NCBI GenBank assembly: GCA_051294375.1
Contig: CM119263.1
Coordinates: 16,222,532-16,286,531 of the forward strand
DNA: 64,000 bases
Origin: Paraspadella gotoi
Lineage: Eukaryota > Animalia > Chaetognatha
Reading direction: 5' to 3'
Shown here: one piece after another, positions 1-16,806 of the stretch
Numbering within the stretch: the first letter of the stretch is position 1
How the letters are laid out: each line of letters begins with the position of its first letter
Translations under genes and position numbers: made by a program
Notes under the pieces: generated by a model
Told to the model about the DNA's origin: nothing
Databases searched by the model: none
The model's input: the letters and a program-made list of their open reading frames with translations, nothing else

Positions 1-3000
1 GAGACAGAGATACTTAGATGATGAAGGACTCACGCCCACCGTGGACGAAAGCGACGGCCCCGGGTTCAACCTCGAAGAAAAACTCTCCGTCAAAGAAATT
101 TACAATGCCAGGCTCGTGCAAGAGATCCGAACAAACGAGTTCAACCTCAAATATTTTCAAGAGCACGGCTTTCACGCACCGCTTCTCTTTCACAACAAAG
201 AAGGATTGGGACTCAAGGTTTTATATTAAATCAATTTGACATATTTTTGTATCACCGTTGTCATTATTACTCGTAATTGAAATTAACGATCGTCAGGTCC
301 CCTCGTCCGATTTCACCGTAAACTACGTAAAAAATCTGGTTGGTGCCAAGCGGATGGTCGACGTAGTCGACGTCCAGACCCAAAAGGGTAGTGAGATGAC
401 GATGAAAGACTTCGTTAAATATTACGAAAACCCAAATGATCGTCGACAACTCCTAAACGTTATCTCCCTCGAGTTTTCCAAGTAATTTTAACTTCTTTTT
501 ATAGGTTTATTTGAATTTCATTAAAGCATTCATCTAACTTAATTGATTTGATTAATTCAAGGACCAAAATGGAGCCGCTAGTGCAGGCGCCTGCCCTTGT
601 GCGCCAGGTCGACTGGGTTGACTGTGTATGGCCCCGCGATCTGAAGGACGCCCACAACGACTCCACCAATAATATTAAAACCATGAAGTATCCCAAAGTA
701 CAAAAGTACGTGCTAATGTCAGTCGCGGGCTGTTACACGGATTTTCATATTGACTTCGGTGGAACTTCCGTTTGGTAAGTACTTACGACTTGGGAACTTG
801 TCGGTTTTTGCGTTTTGATTCTTATATGGACCCAAACAGATCATATATTTTATAGGTATCACGTGCTTCGAGGTAAAAAGATTTTCTGGTTGATCCCTTC
901 CACGGCTGAGAATTTCGACCTCTACATTAACTGGACGTTAAGTGGCCACCAGGACAAGTGCTTCTTCGGCGACATCGTTGCACAATGCCAACGAGTTGAA
1001 CTAGTTGCCGGCGACACATTTATGATCCCCACTGGATGGATCCATGCTGTGTACACTCCTGAAGATTCTTTAGTTTTTGGTGGAAACTTTCTCCATTCAT
1101 ACAACATGACAAAACAACTACAGGTAATTTTTTATCTTAATATTAATTCATTTATGCTTTTTTTGACCGTTGTCATCATCGTCATGCTGTTTTAACATTG
1201 AATATAGCTTAAGTATGTAACCATAAGAAGCTGAAAATTTAGATATGGCTTCTTATTATAAAGTTTTTTCCGTCATAGCTTCTTCTGATTCGTCTAAAAA
1301 CGAGTTTGCTTTGCAGCGGCTGTCCAGATTTTTTTTTTCTCTTTCACACACGTATTTGTTTATTTTTATTTACAATGATTATCATCGTATCAATGAATGA
1401 CGTTCATCGCATTAATGAATAATTATCATCGCATTAATGAATGACTATCGTCATATCCATCATTTGGTTATTATCGCATCCATTATTTGGTTATCATCAC
1501 ATCCATTTTGGTTATCGTATCAATCATTTGGTTATCATCTCATCAATCATTTGGTTATCATTGCATCAATCATTTGGCTATCATCGCATCAATCATTTGG
1601 TTATTATCGAATCAATCCTTTGGTTATCATTGCATTAATATTTAATTATTATTGCATCAATAATCAATTACCATTATATCAATCAATCAATTACTATTAC
1701 ATCAATCAATCAATTATTATTATATTAATTATTATTGCATCAATAATTCGTTATCGCATCAATCATTCTTTTTTTTTTTTAGATTTTTTCATTAGAGAAT
1801 TGACAAAGTTTTTGTTTGCAACGAATTTTATTTATAGTTGAACAGACATGTTTCGACTTGTTTTACAAGTCTTCATCAGCGTTTTGACACTTCAGTGACG
1901 GCCCGCGGCTCCCTACGTGAGCATTTGGTGAAACCGAAAGATAAAATCCCCAGACCGAAAACATCAGGAGCCGTCTACTGGGCGGCCTGTGCAGGGGCGG
2001 GTAACCAAGCCTGCACAGCAGCATACGTGGGCGAGACAGGCAAATCTCTTACAGATCGTTTCCAGCAACATAAAAAGCCTTACCTTGACGCCAGAGGTCA
2101 CTACTTGTCCGCAATAGCTGAACATTCAGCAGAAACAGGCCATTTGTTCAGAGATTCAGACTGTCTCGTGCTGTCCCATGACCCAAACTGGTTCTCAAGA
2201 GGTATTAGAGAGGCAGTCTACATCAAAGCCCTCGAGCCCTCTTTGAACCGTGATGGAGGACGATTCGAGCTCCCTCCAAGCTATGATTCGCCACCACGCC
2301 CGCACAATGATTCCCCCGTCTCCACTCAATGAGACAGGCGGAGACCCTTACGCAGGCAATGGGCAAACGATGCCACTCCTTCAAATGCAGCAACTCAGTC
2401 CCTCTCTCTGTGGACTGAGCGTCGCCCAAAACGACGGCTTCAGGAGGAAGGAGAGGAGTCTATCATCCCTGTCGCAAAAGCGGCAAAAATAGACAATCGC
2501 CCACCTCGCCAGCAGGCGAGAAGAGGGCAGACGGCAGGCGTATCAGGTCAGAGAGACATAAGAGTGGCATTGGGAATTTTTCCGCCTGGTACAATCCCCG
2601 GTGCAGAATTTACCGGTTCAGTCGCACTCTCCTCTCAGCCACTGACGCGCCAATGACCCGTCACCATCGTCCATGCCCTCATTTTGCCATAAAACCAAGG
2701 GGGGCCAGCTCATTTTGAGCTCTTTCTTACTCTTTAAATTCATTTTAATCATTTACTTAACACTTAAAATTCTCATATTTCATTTTTCACAAATTTTATT
2801 TCATTTTTCACTTTCTATCCCTTAACTATTTATCCACTATACAATTGTTAAATTTTACTAATTTTAGTTTCAAAGAATTTATCTTTGTTGTGCATTGCCC
2901 AATGTATCATTTATTATTTATTTATCCCTGTTCTCTCTCTCTCTCTCTAAGTTTCACTTCTTTTCACAACTTATTCAATCTGTCCTCACCTTGACCTGTC

Positions 3001-6000
3001 CTCTCATCTGACCACTATTCTGTCTCACCACTTTGTTGGAAAACTTTTACCCTATTCTCTCTCTCTCTCTCTCTTCTTATGCACAAATTTTAAACCATTC
3101 TGTCAAAACGCTGATGAAGACTTGTAAAACAAGTCGAAACATGTCTGTTCAACTATAAATAAAATTCGTTGCAAACAAAAACTTTGTCAATTCTCTAATT
3201 AATAGTAACAACGAAAAAGAAAGGATTACTTCAATATAGATTTTTTCAATAATTTTATTTGATAGTAACGTCTGGCGAGATCACTATACTTTAAGATTTT
3301 TTTAACTACTGTAAAAAGTATATAATTAAAATAATTAATAATAAACTTAGTCCTCTTCATGTCTCGAAATTAAATAATCTGATTATTATTATTAATCACT
3401 TATGATGTAGAAAGTATTTACAATAAAAATAACTATCATTCTTGTCGATTATTCGGACGGATTAACAAATCTTACTGTTACTCAGCTGTTACGCTCTCGA
3501 CACCATTTTACCTCTACTTAAATGTATGTATTACCTTTTATAGGTTGCCGCCATTGAGGACTCAACTCGAGTTCCGGAAAAGTTCCGCTATCCCCTTTAC
3601 CATGAGATGCATTGGTATGTACTGGAAAGGTACGTTTGTGCGTTTACTGGAAAATCGTTTTTGACGAGCGGCGTCAACGATTGTCGCGAAATAGACGGTC
3701 AGACGACAACTTCGAAGCTGCTCACCAGCCACGAATTGGAAGGCCTCGAGCAATTGATCCTATTTTTGGAGCATACTAGTCCGGCAAGCAAAGTTCCACA
3801 AAAGATCAAAAATTCGGCAGGCCTTTTAAAGTTGGCCAAGAGTGTTCTGGCTGAGCGACGCGGCGATGACCCCAAATTGGCTGTTACCGGGATTCCAATC
3901 TTGGGTCCCTTGACTGCATCGAGGATAAACGAATCCGCCGCGTTCCACCCGGAGACTGTGGTTTCCACTTCTGCAGCGACTTGTGCATCACAAGGCCTCC
4001 TAGTTTCCTTCTCATCAAATGTCCAATCTCAACCGTCTTTGACTCAGTCTTCCAATTTTTCTATGGTGTCCGCCCCAAAAAGCATTAATCCTGCTACTAC
4101 GATACAGACGTCAACCTCTTCTTTATCGGAATCTGGGGTGATTCCACGGACAACGCAGACCCCTCGCGGAATTGGCAGCGAATTATCAACTTCGATTAAT
4201 ACCACCAGCACTCCTTCACAAGTGATGCCAAGATCCTGCTCTACCTCGCTCTCTCCAAGCGTAACGATTTGCCACCTTGCTGCCAACTATCAGCATCCAC
4301 CAACCCTTACCACTTCGACTCCTAACTCTTCGACTCCTGTCTCTTTGGTAACAGCGCCATCCGGCATTCCTGCTGCTGCCATGGCGGTCAAAGCGCAGGT
4401 TACTACCATAGGGTCGGTCTTGTCAGCAACTTCTGCTTCTGTCTCAGGAGGGGTGCCGCCTGCTCCACTTCCCACAGGGTTTCCATCTTCTCTTACTGCT
4501 GTGCCAGTGTCTGTGGCGTCGTCGTTACAGCAGATCCCTCCGCCTCAACTTGCCATACAAATTGGGCCTCCACCTCCTCCACAGGGTCTTTCCTCCGCCT
4601 GTGGACCTCCGAGAATCTCTCCTGCAAACTATCCTTCATTGGCTCCATACCCTGTTACTACGTTTTTACAATCCTTCAAACCTATTCCTCAATTACATCA
4701 GCAGCAACCACATCATCATCAGGTCGGGGCACCTGGGCCTGTGGAGATTGCGCCTCTCGCGGTTTTGCAACAGCCACCTACTTTATCTCCTCAGCCATTG
4801 TCTGTCTGCAGTGGTAGGAGTGGACCTTCGCCCTGTTCTTCAACGCCAATGCAGCAACAGCAGCAGCAGTTGATGCAGATGAATCGAGATACACCGCCGT
4901 CTCACTCAATGCCTTCCTCCTCTTCCGACCACTATCGCTTTGACGAATCCTCTCCGATGGATAGCGCGGATCCCGGAAGACTGAACCCCGCTGATCCCAA
5001 ATCAGCTCTGAGCAAGAGAAGTGCCAGCGCTCGTCGTCGAAGAACGCGGTGTCGCCGCTGCCTAGCTTGCACCAGGTTGGAGTCTAATGTCTGTTATAAT
5101 GGACGAGAACAATTGTTATATTTAACCATTTGTACTATTTCTTTGAACATCTTTGAGGTCCGATTGCGGTGATTGCGTCTATTGCAAAGACATGAAAAAA
5201 TTCGGCGGACCTGGGAGAATGAAGCAGTCATGTCTTTCAAGACAATGTATGGCGCCTGTTCTCCCTCACACAGCCGTTTGCATGGTATGCGGAGATGACG
5301 AACGCATTGCACCGGACGGGACAATTCTAACCGGCGGTCACGGCCCACCTGGCTGTGAAGCCGATTCAAAGACGACTCTTATGGAATGCGGAATATGCTG
5401 GGAGATAGTGCACCCGAAGTGCCTACTGGCGAAACTTCGGCTGGACGCGGCTGCATACTCACAGCATTTAGCCGCCACCGAAGGTGGCAACGTCAACTCT
5501 GAGCTGCCCAACTCCTGGGAGTGTCCACGATGCTGTATACTTGGCAGAGGCGGTTCGCTTAAGCCCCGAGTGCTCAAGCAAGGTGGGCGTGGAAGGTCGT
5601 CATCGGGATCTCGAGCTTCCTCGCCCTCCGGTTCCGTCGGCGCGGTGTCTTCGGTAGGTTTGGGCGTTGGGGGAACTAACGGAACGCCCCTCGCTTCCGG
5701 GAGAGGCGGAACTCTACAATATACTGGCTCTGGAGGGATGTTGAATCGCGAAGAGCTGCATAGGCAATTGCATCAGCGATCTCTCCAAGACGCAAGATCT
5801 TCTACCCCTAGTGAAGAAGACAGTGAGGCGAGTCGAGATGCGTCGTCAATCACAGATAATTTGCGGGCGCATTCTGTGTTTCCGACGAGCAGCGGTGACA
5901 GCGGCGGGCTTGAACTCATTGCGCCTCAGGAGAATCAGGAATCCAACGTTGTTCCTCCCTCTGCGCATCTATTACAGCAGGCAGAGAACAGAGGAATAGA

Positions 6001-8246
6001 TGCCGATGCCGGGGATTCTTCTGCTACTGAAGAAGGAGATGGCGGTGAAAGAATCATGATGATGGTTGCTGACGATGCTGCAACTGCGTCTACCATCGAC
6101 GGCATAAGCGCCTCGTTCGTTGAAAAGACCGAGCCCTCGACCCCAGGCTCCGTCAAAAAGAAGCCGAAAAAACGAAAGGCCTGCGACGAAGATTCGACGT
6201 CGTCAAACTCGCCGCGTAAACGTATAAAAGTTCCTTCAGGAAGCGGAGGAGGAACGACCGCTGCGGGAAAGCTTTCGACCGAATCAATTTGTGGGAAACA
6301 AGGCGTCAGTGGCACTGGAGATGGCAGTGATAATGAGAGCGAGAGCGAGAGCGAAGGAGAGTTGATGGGGAGCGGAGTGGGCGGCGGCGCTTGCGCAAGC
6401 AGTGGTGGCAACTCTAGTGATTCTGATAACAACGACTCCAAAGACTCGTCGCACCGTCTGCTCCAGTTTTCGAGCAATAAAGCCGGCTCCGACGATATTA
6501 CTCTCGGTAACGGAAACCCCACGCCGAAGCAGGTCAAGAAGCAGTTAAAGGGCAAGCTCAAGTCGATGACCCGACTAGAAAAAACCAAGTGGCTCAAGAG
6601 GGCCAAAAAGGAGCTCGTCAAACGATTCGGTGGCCTCGAATCCGAAGAGAAGGCGAGTTTCTAATGATTATTTTCATTAACGGAATCTATGTTGAAAAAA
6701 AAGCTGTGAAAAAAAAACCTGTCTGAAATTTTTGTTTATTATCAATATTTCAACCGAATATTTTTCATAGGTAAAGAGTGAAGGCGAGACGGATACTGCG
6801 GGTAGAAGGAATGAGGACTCCTCAGAAGATGTATTTCAGTTAAGGGGCAGCAAAACCCTTGCTGACCTCAGAGTAAATGTCGAAAAGTTTCTCGTTCGAC
6901 CCTGGGAAGAGGATCCAGACGATCACGAGGTAGAAAAGCGGGATATTTTTAATAAATTTTCTCAAGATGTTTAAAATTTAGACCCGAACAAATTTTCAGA
7001 AATTAATTAATTATCAAACCTTTGTATGAAGTTTTCCCACGATTTCGCTTTACCTTATCAAAATTGCCTATTCATTCCATACAGGACCCAAAAGTTTCGC
7101 CCTCTCGCAACCTGATATCTTCCACTGTCGACGATGCCGTCTGGTTCAACGTTTTCCGCCACTTCGACCGAAAGGAGTTGTGCGTTTGTGCGCAAGTCTC
7201 CCGTGCTTGGTTCAAGTGGGCCAACGACCAGAGGTTATGGAAATCCTGCCGCATTAATTTCAGGTCTTAGATGACAATGTAATCTACTAATTACTACTTT
7301 TCGCCTCAAAATTTATCCCTCCTCCACACACACTTTAACTAGACACGTAAAAGGCTCTTATTTGGTGGGCCTCGTTCGACGCCAGCCGGAGTCGCTCGAT
7401 CTCTCCTGGACGGACTTGGACGCTAACCAACTTCTTTGGCTTTTACGTCGCCTGCCGCGTCTTAAATCCCTACGTATGGTGGGACTTTCGCAGTCGACTG
7501 TGGGGGCATTGGCCTCCGTGGCCACGCCTCTGTTGCGCCGACTCGACGTATCCGAAGCCGACAGCATTACCGATGCAGTCGTCAGAGACGTCATCGGTCC
7601 ACCGCCGGATCATCGACCTGGGATATTCGAGACCAAAAGCAGGCTGCGTTACTTAACTTCCCTATCTTTAAAAGGTTAAAAAAGGTTTTCACGCAATTTT
7701 AAATTAAATTTCTGGTTTAATTTGTTCAAGTTGTTTTCGGTGGGAAGTATGTAATGTTTAAAATTAAATCTTAGGCTGTAACATTTCCGACGTAACATTG
7801 CGCTTTATGACGATTCATTTGAAGTCGGTAGAGATGCTGGACATCTCTTTCTGCACTCTGATCTCCGACGATGGATTAGACGCTTTGACCGGAAACGAAG
7901 GATCTTCCTTTCCGGAATCACTTCAGCAAATCTCTTTGGTCGGCCTTCGCAGAATAACCGGCCGTGCCCTCACGCATCTTTCGAGGTAATTGTTTTTCAT
8001 TTCCTCTAGTGTTACTTTTTATCTTTTTTTTCTCTCGCCATTAATCTATTGATATCATTTCTGAAACACAGATGCTCATCGTTGATTCAAATCGATCTAT
8101 CCGAATGCCCGTTGATTTCTGAGGAGGCCTGTCGTCTTTTTATCACGCTTCACGTCCATATGCCTTTAAATTTAGCTCCCGATTCTCGGTTTATTATTCA
8201 AGCCACCAACGCTTTCGTTCATACTAGCGAATCATTAGCCAGTTGA
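1..8246 (+). CDS. KDM2: Lysine demethylase KDM2A/B (JmjC, CXXC, PHD, F-box, LRR); 5' end lies outside the window
   Basis: Inferred exons <1-217, 297-481, 562-774, 856-1123, 3544-5075, 5158-6652 (GC donor), 6771-6929, 7085-7263, 7343-7674, 7775-7985, 8072-8246. Motifs: Jmj[33 protein letters not shown] and [21 protein letters not shown]; [15 protein letters not shown]...[22 protein letters not shown]; [18 protein letters not shown]...PNSWECPRC; F-box ([18 protein letters not shown]); LRRs. Confidence 0.95.
1380..1765 (+). repeat. Degenerate ~23-bp tandem repeat (TTATCATCGCATCAATCATTTGG) inside a Helentron-derived element
   Basis: Unit repeated many times; the same array occurs at ~46810-46950 and ~53207-53440, each time followed by a GGCGAGATCACTATACT 3' end. 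Confidence 0.8.
1841..1883 (-). ncRNA. Inverted copy of the same hammerhead ribozyme
   Basis: Exact reverse complement of 3107-3149 within the inverted pLTR. Confidence 0.8.
1892..2332 (+). pseudogene. C-terminal GIY-YIG endonuclease fragment of a Penelope-like element
   Basis: LVKPKDK...GAVYWAAC...[16 protein letters not shown]...[12 protein letters not shown]...[21 protein letters not shown] is the PLE endonuclease signature; the RT part is missing. Confidence 0.88.
3107..3149 (+). ncRNA. Minimal type I hammerhead ribozyme (PLE-type)
   Basis: AACG-CTGATGA-A-GACTTG-TAAAA-CAAGTC-GAA-ACATGT-C-TGTT: conserved core, 6-bp stem II, palindromic stem III (ACATGT), GUC cleavage triplet ending at 3145, 4-bp stem I. 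Confidence 0.85.
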
Positions 8247-8362
8247 TACTTTACCCTACTCCTCGACCGCTCAGCTAGCGATCCAGCGGTATTTTCCATG
8301 TTTTACGTAACTTATGTCTTTTTTATTATTTCCAAATTTTATTTTTAGTTCTGCCTCTGAAA

Positions 8363-10300
8363 ATGCCTCTGTTTAAAAAAACAATTAAAATCCTAGTTTC
8401 TCTATCCCCCAATGCTCGTGGTTTTTGTATTACGCCTGCATCTTTCGCCGTGCAACGAATGAATTCGCCTAATGTTATTACGGTCCCCTCTCGCCTTCGG
8501 GGTTATCTGGAATCAGTCAAAGCACAAGAGCGACAGGATGTATTATTGCGTGCCTACCGTCGGAATCGCGGACCCTTGATTATTTCCTGTGATGATAAAT
8601 CCCTCAACCATTTTTTAAATCGCCGCTATGACCGTTTCCAACCCCAATTACACTTGGCCTCATGGGGCTGGAAAAACAACCGGTCAAGTGGAAAAAACTT
8701 CTCCATCGTGGCCCGCGGTGCCAACCCTTCCTTCCTCATGGAGCCTACCGTTGCGCCTCCAAAAACTTTTGCTTCTCTCGGTCTCCGTCCGGACTTTGTT
8801 GAAGCAGCGTGCAGACTGAACTTCGATGCTCCAACGTCTGTTCAGGCGCTTACTATCCCGCGCATACTCAGCGGCGCTAACGTCGTCTGCGCGGCTGAAA
8901 CCGGTAGCGGAAAGACGTTCGCGTATCTTGCGCCTCTTTTACAGAACGTTTTCGAATTCTCCGAGAGGTTCGGATTTGAACCAAAGGAAAACTCTCCGAG
9001 AATATTGATTCTGACTCCGACGACAGAGTTGGTAGATCAGGTGGAAGGGGTATGCCGGATTTTGCGGGAGATCGGCGGCCTCAACTTCGAAGTCATTGCT
9101 TTGCGACACCGCGGCAATACAAGCATCGCTGCCGAATTAAGGTTAAAGCGAAGGATGGACGTGGCGATCGCAACTCCGCAGCTGGCCCTCAACCTAATTG
9201 TCAAGGGTAGATTAAAAGCTGCAAGCGTTCAAGCTGTTGTTTTGGACGAGGCCGACACGTTGTTGGATGACAGCTTTATTGGACCAATTGTCGACTTGTT
9301 GGGTCGGCTCAAGCTTCGAGGCTTCGATGCGCTAAAAATGGCGGAAGCAAGAGACACGGTGACCAACGACGTGACTGATCCTCTAGTGGATCATGCTCAA
9401 CTCTCCCTCGTATCGGCAACACTACCGCCTGAATTCCGGCTTAGATTAAATCATGTAGTCGAGACAGAATCCTTGGTGCAAGTGACGACGCCCTTACTAC
9501 ATCGCGTCACACCGCATGTGCACCACAAATTTCACCGCATTAAGCAATCCATGAAGTCCGACTTCTTCATCAAATTGCTAGATGATATGTGGACAAACAA
9601 GGGAAAGCCTCCGACGATGATCTTCTGCAACAAGATTCCCTCCGTCCGTTTTCTGGATTATCTACTTCGAAAACAAGGCATACAGGATTTCGCAGTGAGT
9701 TAACCTGTTAAACTTTTTTGTTCATTAGTAAAAATTGTATCCGTTTTATTCATCCAATCTGTAAGAAATTTCGATGGATTATACGAAAGCTCGAGCTTCC
9801 ATTCCGAATATAGAATTTGGATATTTTTTTCATAGGTGCTATCTAAAGACGTTGACACGGACCGCCGCCTCGAAATTCTCAACCAATTTCACCGGGGCTT
9901 CCTCCCACTCCTTCTCTGTTCTGATCTTGCGTCGCGTGGCGTCGACACGTCTCGTGCCCTAAACGTTATTAACTACGAATTTCCTGACAATCTCAGCGAC
10001 TACATTCACCGGGCGGGACGAGTCGGGCGCGTCGGTTCTTTCAAAGGAGGCCGTCCACCGGTTGTGGTCAACCTCGTTTCTCAAAAGTGGGAAGTCGACC
10101 TCTTGTGGAAGCTGGAGGAGTCCGTCCGTACGACGGAAGTGCTGCCCGGTGTGGACGCCAACATTAAGAGGCGGCTGGTGGAGAGGGCGAAAGCAAGGGA
10201 CGAGCCTGGGGAAATACGAATGAACGGAAAAGCTGACTCAAACCTAACTGGGATCGAAAGGATGAAAAGAAAATTGACTGGAATCTCTTACGAATATTAA
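8363..10300 (+). CDS. DDX28: Mitochondrial DEAD-box RNA helicase DDX28
   Basis: Exons 8363-9694, 9836-10300. [24 protein letters not shown] and YIHRAGRVGR motifs; N-terminal LASWGWK..RS.G.NF block typical of DDX28; C-terminal LPGVDANIK. Confidence 0.85.
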
Positions 10301-10424
10301 ATGAGGATTGCGATTGGAGTACTATCTGTGATAATTTTATCCCGTTGTTTATCACTTTTGTTTTGATAATTAAGTTTGATTTTTGCCTGTTAGTTTTGTC
10401 CAGTTGCTTGGCTTTAAAAAAAAT

Positions 10425-10761
10425 ATGACGGGCGTGTTGGCTAAACCGTTGATGCGCGGCCTCTTCGTCAAGTCGGTGACGAAGGACGTCATTATAGCTC
10501 TTACCAGCGGTGTCTTAGCCGGCGTCGCTTGGTGGTGGGTGGTTGGGAACGGCAGGAAAAAGAAGTACGCCCAGTTCTACAAGGTTGGCACTTGTTAAGA
10601 CTCTCATTATTTTCGACATTAATTAATAATGTTATCTAATGAGTGAATTTAAATATCTCTAGAACTACGACGCCGACCTCGAGTTCGAGAAGATGTACAA
10701 GTTGGGAATTTTCCAGTCGGTGAATGCCAAAGGCGAAGTAATGAAAGAACAGTGGGAATAA
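10425..10761 (+). CDS. COX6C: Cytochrome c oxidase subunit 6C
   Basis: Exons 10425-10583, 10663-10761 give LAKPLMRGL..(TM)..[29 protein letters not shown]. Confidence 0.92.
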
Positions 10762-10965
10762 ACAACTCTTTAAGTTGATAACTTTGTGGCTCCAAAAGCC
10801 TTTTTCGGACAGTCGATTATGGTATATTTAAGTTGTTTTTTTTTTTTTTTTTTTTTTTAAATATGAATTATGAACCTTGCAACAATCATCGCAAGGAAAA
10901 TGTATTTATTTTTTTCCTTAACCGCCGTTAGGGCTTCAGCGTTCGAATGTAAATATATTGAGTAG

Positions 10966-12427
10966 ATGAAGATCTTATTTTGTCTGAGTAACTTTTCCAG
11001 ACTTTGCCCGAAGGCAGATTGTTTGAAAGCTGTCGTCCTGTGCGACTTCACTCTCCGGTCCGCGATACAGAAGCGAATGGCGACGACGGAACCCCCGACT
11101 AAAATGACGCGGCATCTCGCCGACGAACGAAAAAAAATCGGGACACATAACGGAACCTTTCACTGTGACGAAGTTATGGCTTGCTACTTACTAAAACTAT
11201 TGCCGGAGTATAAAGGTAAGCGGAAAAAATATTTTAAAATAAGCTGAACGGAAAAACTAACCTGGTTCTCCTTAAATAGAGGCGGAAATAATCCGTACCC
11301 GCGACCCTTCGCTTCTTTCCCCTTGCGACGTGGTAGTGGACGTTGGCGGAGTGTTCGACGCTTCCGCGAATCGCTACGATCACCATCAGCGCGACTTTGC
11401 GGAATCAATGAAATCGCTCAGCGGAGGGCGATTTCCGTGGACGACCAAGTTGAGCTCCGCGGGCCTCGTCTACTTACATTTCGGTGCCCGCATTCTTTCT
11501 CAACTTCTCGGTCGGCCGCAGGACGACTCCATCGTCGATGTCATATTCGAGAAAATTTACGAGAATTTGTTCGAGGAAATCGACGCCGTCGACAACGGCA
11601 TCGATGTGGCCGAGGATAAACGATATGTCGTTACCACCACTTTGAGTCAAAGAGTAGGAAGGTGTAACCCGAGATGGAACGAAAAAGATCAAGATGAGTG
11701 GAAAGGCTTTGAAAGGGCGTTAAAGGTGGTGGCGGAGGAGTTCGAAGATAGAGTTGAATATTACAGGTATAGAGATGAGTAGTATGTGTTTAACTGTTAA
11801 ATTTTTATGTCAACGAAATACATGAAAAAGGGAAATTTTTTTGGTTTAGGGATTCTTGGTGGCCTGCGCGAACTCTTGTGGTAAGTTGCTGAGGATTTCA
11901 CTTCAGTAATTCGAATATATAAATTAGAGCACTGACGTTGCTTTGACTACACGTATTACTAGTCTTTTCTTCCCCCTCCCCCAATCTCAGTCCAACGCAG
12001 TGGAAAACCGATTTCACGTTCACTCATCTGGAAAAATGATTCTTATCGAATCCGGCGGTTGCCCCTGGAAAGATCACCTCTTCGCTCTCGAGGAAGAGTT
12101 GGGCATTCAAGGGAACATCCTTTATGTTCTTTACTTTACATCCGGCCAGTGGCGTGTCCAATGTGTTCCTAAGGTAAGTCACTATTGTTACAATGTATCC
12201 TGTCAGTAGGTTTTTTGAGAACTACGCCTCGTTTTACCCCTCAGGTTCTCGGTTCTTTCGGTGATCGTAAGTCTCTTCCAAACGAATGGCGCGGTCTCAG
12301 GGATGAGACGCTTACTGCTACTTCCGGCGTAGATGGCTGTGTTTTTGTTCACGCCACTGGCTTTATCGGCGGAAACCGAACGAAGGAAGGATGTGTTGAC
12401 ATGGCTGCGAAAGCTTTGGCCTTGTGA
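10966..12427 (+). CDS. MYG1: MYG1 exonuclease (UPF0160)
   Basis: Exons 10966-11215, 11280-11766, 11850-11880, 11991-12173, 12245-12427. [20 protein letters not shown]...[47 protein letters not shown]. The start could be a downstream ATG. Confidence 0.93.
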
Positions 12428-13098
12428 CGTTTAAATGTGATAATCTCAATAACTTTCCCTCCATTAACCTCATCCCCATTTTGATACGATTATTTACTTC
12501 TGTTAGCATTTCTTCTTTTTCCGATTTAGTTTTTTTTTTTTTTTTTCAAATTTTTCATCTTTTTGAGTTTTATGAATTCTAAATTGACTTCGCGCTGAAT
12601 ATTTCCGTTGGTGTACAGTCCTGTACAAAAAAAAACGGGACACTCATGAATCTTAAATTCCATGCGTTTTATGCATGTATTTTTAAAAAATTTTAAATAT
12701 GAATTGTAAAAAAATTTATGATGCCATTCAGCTTAATTTTTTAACGTTGAATTTATGTACCATAAAAAATTATGAATAGGAAATAAAGATTTTTGAAAGT
12801 AGAATTTATACAATATATAAAAAAATTGGTTCAATCATTCAAAAGTTATAATTTTTTAAATATAAGAGGTTAAAAATGAGTTAATTTTCTTATTCTTTAA
12901 TGCTCTGTTTGAATAATTAATTTTAAAAAATCATTGTTTAAAATAGTAAAATTTTAACCAGATTTGCAATAATATTTTTTTTATAAAAATTGACTTATAT
13001 ATTTTTTTATTATGATAGTTATTATAAGATTTATTTGTCCAATATTTTTGGGTATCCTTTTTTTTTTCACAGGACTTTATATATCGAGCAAAACAGAT

Positions 13099-16605
<3,507 letters not shown>

Positions 16606-16806
16606 ATGGGTTTTACCCCGTCGTTTGTTGATACAGTTTTAATAAATTTTCTGACCGTGACGGTAACCTATTTTTGTTATGTACTTTTCATCACAGGCTA
16701 TTTTTTATGTTTTTCAAAACTTTCTTTCAACGGAATTGATAGTTTCTCGTTAAGTTTTGGTAGCGATTGGAATCCCCCCAAAAATTAACCAGCGCGTTGG
16801 AGGAAA

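Larger units (their letters stand above)
1791..3236 (+). mobile_element. 5'-truncated Penelope-like retroelement with inverted pseudo-LTR copy, in KDM2 intron 4
   Basis: 99-bp perfect inverted repeat 1791-1889 / 3101-3199; GIY-YIG endonuclease fragment; hammerhead motif in the pLTR; flanking direct repeat TAGATTTTTTCA at 1780-1791 and 3237-3248. Confidence 0.88.

Noticed and set aside
1380-1765. Regular repeats that might suggest a CRISPR array (also 59560-59737)
   Set aside because: Head-to-tail units with no unique spacers, eukaryotic context and no cas genes.
1437-1841. ORFs rich in I/H/S/W (also 46830-47144 and 53221-53538)
   Set aside because: Translations of the 23-bp tandem repeat, not genes.
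5935-6621. Long minus-strand ORFs (also 13077-13499, 30141-30800, 40135-40707)
   Set aside because: Antisense shadows of GC-rich or low-complexity coding sequence on +, with no recognisable motifs.
12614-12650. Tc1-like TIR TA-CAGTCCTGTACAAAA (similar at ~30937)
   Set aside because: No matching opposite end was found, so no element boundaries could be supported.
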